Origin: a virus
Strand: one strand, 5' to 3'
DNA length: 24,775 bases
Virus record (IMG/VR): IMGVR_UViG_3300018878_005350
The translations under genes and the position numbers were made by a program. The notes under the pieces are model-generated. The model worked only from the letters and a program-made list of their open reading frames with translations. It made no database searches and was not told the DNA's origin. Positions 1 through 10,300 of this stretch are shown here, piece by piece; within the stretch, counting starts at the first letter, position 1; each line of letters starts with the position of its first letter.

Positions 1-32
1 TTAATATTGAATTTCTCTACATTTTTATATTC

Positions 33-545
33 TTATTTCACAATTGAAATTTCTAAGTCTTTTAATATCGTTACATCTTTTAAAACTTGTGTTACAAATT
101 TTGTTTCTTCCATCGCCGCTAGTTTACTTACTAATCCGCTAAATACAGCTATCGTTTCTCCTGATTCGTCTATTGCTGTTATCTCAATTATTTTTGATTC
201 TGAAAATTCTTTACTGTTATTTTTTATATCTGCTGTAAGTTCTACTTTGCTATTACTTTTTTTATTTAAAGTGATATTTTTTATCACTAAATTTTCTACT
301 TGTTTTTCAATTTCTAATTTTATTTCTGTTTGATTCGAATCTGTTTTATTTGTGTTTAATTGTGCAGATTCTGCTTGTTTTGTGTTTATTTTATTTGTAT
401 CGGTTTGAGTTGTGTCTGTTTGGTTTGAGTTTTCCTGATTATTTTGAATTTCATTGTTTTTTATGTCATTTTGAAAACATCCTGTGAGAATAATTAATGT
501 AATTGATAAAATTATCATTAGTTTCCAGATTTTATTTTTATTCAC
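33..545 (-). CDS. Putative lipoprotein with C-terminal FxLYD-like domain
   Basis: 170 aa ORF; N-terminus MNKNKIWKLMIILSITLIILTGC is a signal peptide with lipobox (LTGC); Asn/Thr-rich linker; C-terminal part closely resembles the ORF at 22013-22537. Confidence 0.7.
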   Translation of the reverse strand: MNKNKIWKLMIILSITLIILTGCFQNDIKNNEIQNNQENSNQTDTTQTDTNKINTKQAESAQLNTNKTDSNQTEIKLEIEKQVENLVIKNITLNKKSNSKVELTADIKNNSKEFSESKIIEITAIDESGETIAVFSGLVSKLAAMEETKFVTQVLKDVTILKDLEISIVK

Positions 546-834
546 TCTTGCTCACCTCATTTTTAATTTTTCTCCACGCCAAAAAAGCACTCTTTTTAAC
601 AATTGGTATTCTTTCTCTGTTCTTTTACGCTTAATTTTGCTAGGTTTGAGAGGTTATATTACAATAACTCAACAATAATTCTAGCAATTTATTTCGCTTG
701 AATTCAGATAAAAAAGACCAATCACTAAAAAGAATGCTCTCGTGATTTTTACTTTTTTTCATTTTTCTATTCACTTTTTTATTTATTTCAATATTTACAG
801 TAGTATTTTCTTTTTCGTTTAAGCATAAACCACC

Positions 835-858
835 TGTGTGTGTGTGTGTGTGTGTGTA
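835..858. repeat. Dinucleotide (TG)n tract, about 11 units, followed by TACAGCCCCAACGGTTTCAAG
   Basis: Read directly; same tract plus flank recurs at 22682-22712. Confidence 0.95.
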
Positions 859-1263
859 CAGCCCCAACGGTTTCAAGGTTTTGTTTCATAATTATACCCA
901 TCTTCATTTTCTTTTCATCTCCTTTCTCTTTTTTACACTTGAGACCTGACCTCAATTGCAATTTTTCCTCATTCGCATTGTATATTTTCTTTTATTTTTT
1001 GTCTACGTAGCGCATTTGACATTTAGTCACATTGTGACTTTTTTCGACTTTTTATTTTTTGATGCTGTTGCCAAAACCATTTACGGAAGCCCCTTTTGCT
1101 TTTATTTTTTGTTTTATTTTTTGACTTCATGTTAAATGCAATTTACTTTTTTGTTACAATTTTATTACTTCTAATCTTTTTTTCTAAATAATTAATATTT
1201 TAAACTTTTTTGCTTACGCGCAATAGAACTTTTTATAAAGCTATTTTTTATACAAAACAAAAA

Positions 1264-1294
1264 AATTGAACTTAACTTTATTTTAAGTCCAATT
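1264..1294 (-). terminator. Probable bidirectional rho-independent terminator
   Basis: Inverted repeat aattgaacttaa/ttaagtccaatt flanked by A-run and T-run, downstream of the 1415-2671 gene. Confidence 0.7.
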
Positions 1295-1414
1295 CTTCTT
1301 TTTTTCCATATATTATGTTTTCCAATTTTACTATTTATTTCAATTATTGCAATTTGAGTCAGTTCTCAATTACAATTTTAATATTTTAACTTATTTTTCT
1401 AATAACCAATCTAG

Positions 1415-2671
1415 CTAATATTCCAAACTATTAGAATCCAAAAGAAAATCATATATACTCATTATAATAATCCCATTATCATAACGAGATTTTTTTACAT
1501 TATCACCTACAATTATTATTTTTTTGAAAAAGTCATTTACATTTAATAATGATTTTTGTTCTTGGATAACTTTTTCAGGTGTTTTCATTTCTAATGCAGA
1601 TTGAATATATATTTTATTGTTGCCTTTAGTTGCAACAAAGTCAATTTCTAGTTGTTTTTTGATATTTCCTTCTCTTATTTCAACTGAACCAACATCAACA
1701 TTATAACCACGTTTTCTTAATTCCAAATAAATAACATTTTCCATAATATGTGATATTTCTTCACTTTGTCTAAAATCTAGGAATGAATTTCTAATACCCA
1801 TATCAGTAAAATAATATTTTTGTGGAGTGTCTATAAATTTTTTACCTCTTACATCAAAACGTCTTGCTTTTTCTATCATAAATGAATCTTGCAAATAGTT
1901 AAGATAGTTGTATATCGTTTTATCAGTCATAGTTGAAGTTCTATCTCTTTCTTTAAAACAATTTGATAGTTTTAAAGGATTTGTTAATGAGCCTATATCT
2001 GAAGCTATTATTTGCACCAGCATTTCAAATTCCTCTTTATTTTTTACATTGTTTCTTTCTATAATATCATTAATATATACATTGTCTTTTTGTGTTTTTA
2101 AATAATTTGTTTTAGCATTATCAGTTTTAGCAATTAAAGTAAGTGGAAGTCCACCATAAGTATAATATTCATTTAATGCTTTTTCCTCGGTTCCATCAAA
2201 GACTGAGAAAAATTCACTAAAAGATAATGGATAAACTCTAATTTCATCTCCTCTGCCTCTAAATTCAGTAACTATATCACTAGATAAAAATTTTGAATTA
2301 CTGCCTGTTACATATATTTCTACATTGCTTATATGCATAAAGCCTATTAAAACAGATTCAAAATCTTCAACCTCTTGGATTTCATCTAATATAATATAAT
2401 ATTTATTATCATCTATAATTAAATCTCTTATATACTTATCAAGTTCATCAGGGTCTAAATACTTACGATTTGTTCTTTCATCTAAACTTAGTTTTATGAT
2501 GTGGTCTTTGCTGATTCCTTGTTCTATAAGATAATCTTTAAAAATAGGATCTAATAAATAAGATTTTCCACATCTTCTTATTCCAGTAACTATTTTTATT
2601 AAACCGTTGTCTAATCTGTCTATAAGCTCTTTTAAATAAAAATCTCTTTTTATTTCCATATTTACATTCAT
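1415..2671 (-). CDS. ATP-binding protein, AAA_14 plus DUF4143-type
   Basis: 418 aa; Walker A-like VTGIRRCGKSYLL, Walker B-like YYIILDEIQ, VTGSNSKFLSSD; C-terminal LENVIYLEL...EIDFVA typical of DUF4143. Confidence 0.85.
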   Translation of the reverse strand: MNVNMEIKRDFYLKELIDRLDNGLIKIVTGIRRCGKSYLLDPIFKDYLIEQGISKDHIIKLSLDERTNRKYLDPDELDKYIRDLIIDDNKYYIILDEIQEVEDFESVLIGFMHISNVEIYVTGSNSKFLSSDIVTEFRGRGDEIRVYPLSFSEFFSVFDGTEEKALNEYYTYGGLPLTLIAKTDNAKTNYLKTQKDNVYINDIIERNNVKNKEEFEMLVQIIASDIGSLTNPLKLSNCFKERDRTSTMTDKTIYNYLNYLQDSFMIEKARRFDVRGKKFIDTPQKYYFTDMGIRNSFLDFRQSEEISHIMENVIYLELRKRGYNVDVGSVEIREGNIKKQLEIDFVATKGNNKIYIQSALEMKTPEKVIQEQKSLLNVNDFFKKIIIVGDNVKKSRYDNGIIIMSIYDFLLDSNSLEY

Positions 2672-2858
2672 CCCCTTCTAAGGCACGGAATAGGAAGGAA
2701 AATTGTAGGTATTTTCCAAACTTTCGCCACCTTTTATTACGAATTCTTGACAGTTACGTCACTTTTTCGTAATTAGTATATCCTAAAAATGATATTTAGT
2801 CAACTTCAAACTCATCTACTTTTCCTATATAAACTTCATACCCTCGTCTTATTAATTA

Positions 2859-4098
2859 TTATAATTCCTTATTATTACTTAACAAATCTATAATATTTTC
2901 TATCTTAATTCCTCCAATATTTTTTTGAAATATCAAGTCCAAAGTTAAAATATATCTTGGATACAATTCTTTTATTGCTTTTAAAGCTCTAACTTCCCTT
3001 TCAAACGTTGATTCATCATCCATATTTTTAGTAACTTGAATATAAAAATAATTTTCTAAGCCTTTTCTAGCAATAAAGTCACATTCAAACTTTCCAATTT
3101 TGCCAATACTTAATTTATAGTCTTTAGAAAGCAAATAATTATATACAATATTTTCTAAAATAGGTCCATAATATATTCTATTATCTGTATTTTGTGTAAA
3201 ATAAAAGCTTGTATCTGCCAAATAATATTTTCTTTCACTTTTCAAAGCATTTTTTGACTTTATATCAAAGACTTGACATTTGTATAATATTTTTGCATTT
3301 TCTAATATATTTATATAGTTGTTTATCGTTCTTATATCTATATTTTGTCCTAAATTAATAAAATATTTTTTTATTGAAGTAACTGAAAATTGAGTGCCAA
3401 AATTATTTATTATAAAATTTTGGATTGTTTTAAAAGTTTCTGTATTCTTAATTTTTTTATTCATCTTAATATCTTTTTCATATATATCAGATATCACATT
3501 TGAAATATATGATATTTTATCTTCATATTTCTCATACATTAGCGCTCCGGGGAACCCGCCATACCTAACATATTCTTCAAATTCAACTTGTATATTAGTA
3601 TTAATATTTATATTTAAATATTTTTTCATTTCTTCATATTCAAAGAAGTTAAGCGTATGGATTTCAAATTCAATTTTCCTTCCTGTAAGTTTGGTTATTA
3701 GTTCTCCGACTTAATAAATAAGAATTAGATCCAGTAATAAATATTGAAAAATTCCCCTCTAATCGATAAGCTTCAATAATGCTTTCAAATCCTTTAATGT
3801 TTTGAATTTCATCTATAAACAAATATTTAAACTCATCATTCTTAATTTGACTATCTATTAATTCTTCTAATTGTGTTGGAGTTTTTATATTCTTATATTT
3901 CTTGCTATCTAATGGAATATATATAATATTTTCTTCTCTTACTCCTCTAGAAAGTAATTCTTCTATAATTGATTTTAATAAAAATGATTTTCCACATCTT
4001 CTTATTCCGGTAATTACTTTTATCATTTCAGAATCATCATAAAAACTTCTAATTTTATTTAAATATGTTTCTCTTTTATAAATTTTATTATGAATCAT
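2859..4098 (-). CDS. ATP-binding protein, AAA_14 plus DUF4143-type, split by a +1 frame change at 3706-3708
   Basis: ORF 3670-4098 (VITGIRRCGKSFLL, FIDEIQ, ITGSNSYLLS) and ORF 2859-3629 are halves of one protein. Skipping one C at AGT-CGG-AGA gives SYLLSGELITKLTGRKIEFEIHTLNFFEYEE, about 412 aa. Confidence 0.8.
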
Positions 4099-4300
4099 AG
4101 CATAGCACCTCCTTATTAATTATTATATATTAATTCTTTGCAAATTTCAAGTTATCGACATTTTTCAGTCGCTTTTATTAAAAAAAGTGTCTATAACTCA
4201 TAAAAAACATATTTCTACTCAGATTTTAAAATCCTTTCAAAATATGTTTTTCTCTTTTTTATTTTTTAAATTATGTTTAAATCCTAATTGCATTTTTCAG

Positions 4301-4331
4301 ATTGCAATTGAGACCTGACCATAATTGCAAT
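4301..4331. repeat. AATTGCAATT-type inverted repeat immediately 3' of giant gene 1; possible terminator
   Basis: attgcaattgagacctgaccataattgcaat; 9-bp perfect arms; similar copies at 937-966, 1341-1380, 14363-14405 and 22779-22809. Confidence 0.6.
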
Positions 4332-4336
4332 TTTTA

Positions 4337-7300
4337 TTATTGTTTAAATAACGTATACTTAATCCATTCACTACCAACTTCACTTGTATCGACTGGTAAG
4401 CCATCCACTACAACGAAGAATCCATATTGTTTCCAATTATTTGATTCGTCTCCATCCATTGCAAATCCTGCAATAGTGTATCCTGTATCTACATATGTTT
4501 CTCCTAATTTTATATGGTCTGGATTTGGATCATTTGCTCTTACAATACGTTCAATACGACCTGCGTCGATATTGTTCCAAACACTTTCATAAATTGCTTC
4601 ATTTTCTTTGTATGGTACATAAATGATTGCTCCAGATGGCATTCCTAATGTATCTAAATTTGTTGTTACTCCTAAGTCCTCATTTGCTAAAGCTTGTTTT
4701 AACATAATGATTGCACTTAAGCTCGAACAGTTTTTAAATACTTCTGTACCTACTAAAGCTGTTACTTCCTCTCCAAATACTAAGCTCTTTAATGCTGTAC
4801 AATTTTTAAACATATTGTTCATATTTGTTATTATTTCTGTATTAATTCTAATTTCTCCTGCTGTTATACTACTACATCCCTCAAATGTTGATTCGAAGTT
4901 AGCGACCTTATCATTAAAGTTAAACAATCTTGCTGGTATCATTCCTGTTAATTTACTACATCCATTGAATGTATTACTGAAATCAACTACTTCTTTATTT
5001 TTTACAAATAAATCTGATGGAATAGTTCCAGTTAAATTCATACATCCTTTAAATGTTCCTGCAAACGATTCAACTTTTCTATTATTTGTGAATAATTTAC
5101 TTGGAATTGTTCCACTTAAAGTGTTACAACCTGCAAACGTATTAGTAAAGTCTGTTGCTTCTGTATTACTAGCAAATAGAGTTTCTGGAATACTTCCCAT
5201 TAAAATTGAACATCCTGCAAAAGTATCTTTAAAGCTTGTTACTTGAGTTGCATTATTAAAGAAACCTTCTGGAATTGAACCAGCTAAAGTACTACAATTA
5301 TAGAATAATTTTTCCATGCTCGTAATATTTTTAAATGATTCTGATAATGGAGCTGGAATTGTTCCTGCTAATTTTGTACAGTTTGCAAAACCAATTCTTG
5401 TTAATCCAATTGCTCCCCATTCTTTTATTCCTATTACATATTGAGTAAAGGTATAATAATCCTCTGCCACTCTTGTTGTAACACTAGCATCTGATGGATT
5501 TGTAGGAATTGCTTCTTCGTAATAGCCAAAGCTATCTACATTACCAGTAACACTAATTTCATAAGTTGTTTCTGTTGTATTGTTATAAGTATGTGTTGGA
5601 AAATCTGATGTAGAGTCGAATGTTTCTATTTCACTTCCATCTCCCCAATCTACTGCATAATTATTGTTCGCATGAGCTAGAATTGGAAGTTTGATTGTTG
5701 TTGCTGGGGTTCCATTTGTTGAAGCTACACCATCTGCATCTACTGGAAGTGTCCATTTTGTAATTAGTGCATTCTCCCAATCAAACCCTTCTTCAACTGT
5801 CAATAAAGCTTCACTAGATTTCACTTTTCCTAATGCATTATATGCCTCACAATAATATTGATTACCATCCTTATCTAATGTTACTTGTTCAGCAGGAATT
5901 GTTAATGTTGATGTGTTCGTTCCTTGATAACCTATTGTATCATATTGTGTTCCTTCTATTGTAAATACATCATCATTTTGGAATGTTGAAACATCTTCTT
6001 CACCATTAATAATAGAAACGTCTTTAAGTGCTATTGATTTGTTCGCAAATGCTCTTTCATTACTTCGTATATCTATTATAAACATAACCATATTATTTTC
6101 ATCAGGAACAATCGTTGTTGTATAATTTTCCCATCCATCTGTTGTTGTAGCTTCATCAAAATAAATTATATTTTCACCATTTCCATCTAGAATACCCAAT
6201 CCAAGGGTTGTTGAATCATTTTCAGCCAATAATATATTATTATTTTTATCTGACACGCCTAAATTTATTATTTCTGCCTGATCCGCTGTTTCTTCTTTTA
6301 CTCTATAATCAAAACTAAATAATTTTTCTTCTTCTATAATCATAATAAAGTAAGCACAATAGTTTGCTGAATTTAGCACGACAGCTTGAGTTTCTCCCTC
6401 AATATTATTTGAATATTTGGCCTCTAAAATTCTATTTCCATCTTCTTCTTTCACTACAAATGGTAAATACTCTTCATCTGGTGCATTTACAAATGCAAAT
6501 TGACTATCTACTTCAAAATTATCATCTTCTTCAAATGTAAATTCCTTTATTGCTAAAGAAGAATATTTCAAGTTTCTAATTGCTCCATAGTCTAATCCCT
6601 TATTTATTGTTGCATTTTTAGAATATGTCAACGTAATAATGATTTCTCCTGATGCTGTCGGCACACATTCTTTTTCATATGATGACCAAAGTACTTCTCC
6701 ACTAATTCCATTTACTGCTGTTACAATACCATTTGCATCTTCAATTGTAACTGTAAATGTATCACCATCTTTTTCCGAACTCACCATATATTCAAAACCT
6801 AATTTTCTATTCTCTGTTGCTTTAATTTTAATTGTTGTTGAACTTGTTGTATTAGGTTGTCCAACATTATTACTCATTAATACTTTAGAGTTTCCTTCTG
6901 TTAATTTCTTTGACGTTCCATTAACAACTTCATACCATTGATATCTTAAATTATCTCCACTTGCAACAACAGTAAACTGAGCTTCATTATATTCCCTTGT
7001 ATTAACATCCTGAGGATGTAAAATAATAAGCTTTTCATCGCCTCTATTATCTGCAGTCCAATTATATTTAAATGCCACTTTGTTTTCTGTTTCTATCTTT
7101 GTCATTAAAAGATTTGTAGGGTTATATGGTTCTGTTGCATAAAATGCTTCTGATCTAATAGCACTAACGTTATTTCCTATTGTAATATCTGTTAAATTAT
7201 TGCATCCATAAAACATTTCAGTCCCAATATATACAGTGTTAATATTTGCACTTGTTATACCAGAACAACCAGCAAAAGTACAATAATAAGCTTCAGTTGG

Positions 7301-10300
7301 TGCTAGTCCATATGTCGCTACATCTAAAGGAGCCTCTATTACTGTGTTACTAGCAAATAATTCTTCTGAAATATGCCCTGTTAATCCTGTACATCCAGAA
7401 AATGTATAATAAAATTCCTCAACATTTGGTGTGTTTTTAAATAAATCCTTTGGAATCTCACCTGTTAAACCAGTACAATTTTCAAAAGTATATCCAAAAC
7501 ATATCACTTTTGTTGTTTTAGCAAATAAGTTTGCTGGAATTTCACCAGTTAGACCTGAACATTCTGAAAATGTGTATCCAAAGTCTTCCGCATTGTCATT
7601 GTATTCAAATAAATTTTCTGGAATTTCTCCCGTTACACCACTTCTAGCAAATGTACCCCAAAAAGTTGTTGCTTCTGTCGCACTAGCAAATAATTTTTCT
7701 GGAATTTTCTCTTTTAATCCTGTGCAATTAGAGAATGTGAATGTAAAATCTTGTGCTTGTTTATTATTGGCAAATAATTTTTCTGGGATTGCTCCTGTTA
7801 AACCTGAACAGCCACTAAAAGTACCATAAAAACTTGTTACTTTTAATGTTTTTGCAAACAATCCTTCTGGAATACTACTATTTAATCCTGTACAATAGTT
7901 AAATGTATTTCCAAAGCTTTCTACTTCAGGTGTATTCGCAAATAGATTTTCTGGAATTGTTCCTGTTAAATTTTGACAAAATCCAAATGTATTATCGAAA
8001 TCCTTTACCTTAATTGTATTCATAAATAAATTTTCTGGAATACTTCCTGTTAAATTACTGCAACTAAAAAACGTTCCATAAAAAGAAGTTACATTTGTAG
8101 TATTCATAAATAATTTTTCTGGGATACTTCCTCTTACATCACAACTCTTAAATGTTTGATTAAAAGTTGTTACATTAGTTGCATAAGCAAATAAATCTTC
8201 TGGAATTGTTCCATTTAAACCGCTACTATAAAATAAATTATTCATATTAGTAATATTTATAAAGCTATTTTTTGTAGGAGAAGGGATATTACCTTTCAAC
8301 TTACTACAATATATAAACCCAAATCTTTCTACACCTAATTCTCCCCAAGCTTTTAAAGCACTTAAATATTGTACAAATGGATAATAATTTTTATATGAAT
8401 TTGTCGCACTTGGAGAAGGTACCCAAGATGTATAGTCACTTATATATCCAAATCGATTTACTTTACCTATTATCTTAATTGTATATGTAACTTGTGCGGT
8501 ATTGTAATAAACATGACTTGGGAAATCTGCCGTATTATCAAATTCTTCAATTATTCCATCTCCCCAATCAACCACATAACTATTTTCTTCATGTAGAGGA
8601 ATCGGTAATTTGATTGTCGATTGTGAACCTAATGTAATTGTATTTCCTGCCTCATCTGTTGTTGTTGTACCATTTGTTTTATCTACGTTGGCTGGAATTT
8701 TCCATTCTGTTACTAATGCGTTCGTCCAGTCATATTGTTCATCAATTGTTAATAATGCTTGACGAGAATTAACAGATTCAAATCCATTATATACTTTACA
8801 GTAATACTGGTTGCCATCCACTTTACTAGAAACAAAATCAGCTGGTATTGTTAATATTGACGAGTCAGTTCCAACATATGATAGTTCTTCCCAATTACTA
8901 TTTTCAAATGTATATACACTATCATTTTCATATGTGCTTACATCTTCCGAAGATATGGTAACTTTTAAATTTTTAATTGCTATAATATTTTCTCTTGTTG
9001 TATCTTGATCCATATTTTGAATGGCTATTAGTATTCCATTCTCATATCCACCTGGAATAATTGTACCAGTGTAATTTGTCCAACCTATATTCTTAGCAGT
9101 CATCTCACCATATACAACTTCTCTTTGTCCATCATTGTCCATAATCGCGATTATTACATTAGTATTTTCGCTTGTATTTACGTAATAATCAAAGCTAACT
9201 TCTATTTCTTCTTGAACATTTAGTATAATACCGCAATACCCCATTGAGTTATACACAGTTGAGTTGCCATTTTTAAATATTACTTCTCCATCAACAGTTT
9301 CTGTTACAAAGTTCCAATCAGGATTTCCCACTGTTTGATCTGTATTAACAATTGTAAACATTTCATCTGTTTCAAATGTAGATGTTTTTGTTCCTACACC
9401 AAAACATTTTAAATTTCGAATTGCTCCATAATCTCCACCACTATCTACACTATCATTTTTAGAATAAGTTAATGTAATAGTTATTTCTCCTAAATCTGTT
9501 GGCGTAAATTCTTGTGAAAATTCTGTCCAATCTACTTCTCCACTAATACCATTTGCTACTGTTGTAACTCCATTTGCATCTTCTATTGTAATTGTAAATA
9601 AATCTCCATTTTCTTCTGATGTTACCATATAATCAAAACTTAATGTTTTTACTTCCGTTGTTAACAATTTGATTATTGAAGTAGATGTAGTATTAGCTTG
9701 TCCTTTGTTTGTACTTTTAAATATTTTTGTGTTACTTTCTGTTAATTTTTTTATACTACTTGACGTTGTATCTCCTGATATATCATCACCTGATGCAGTA
9801 TCACCCGATGTCAAATCCTCTGACGTTGCGTCACCAGATATAATTTCATACCACTCATATTTTAAATTATCTCCAGAAACTCCTACTTCAAAACTTACTT
9901 CAGTATACAATTCTGCTATTACGTCTTCTGGTTCTTTATAAATTACTTTACCATCGCCTCTATTATCTGATACCCAATCATATGCAGATGCAATCTGATT
10001 TTCTGTTGTCAAATTTGTTGTTAATAAATTACTTGAATTATATGGTTCTGTAGCTTCAAAACCATCCGTACCGATTGCCTTAACATTTGTTCCAATTGTA
10101 ATGCTTCTAAGATTGTTACAACCTTCAAACATTTTATAACCAATATATGGTGTATTAATATTTGCAGTTGTCAAACCTGTACAATTATAAAATGTTTTTT
10201 CAAATCTATCTGCGTAGTAGTTTTCTCCCCAACTTGTTGGAATTGATGTGATTAAAGTTTGACTTGCAAATAATTCTGGTGTGACACCACCAGTTATATT

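Noticed and set aside
640-876. ORF MKPLGLYTHTHTHTGG...
   Set aside because: Starts inside the (CA)n tract; no homology-like features.
3541-3570. GC-rich patch ctccggggaacccgcc as a possible insertion scar or second frameshift
   Set aside because: It translates in frame as YGGFPGALM, the expected motif of DUF4143-type ATPases.
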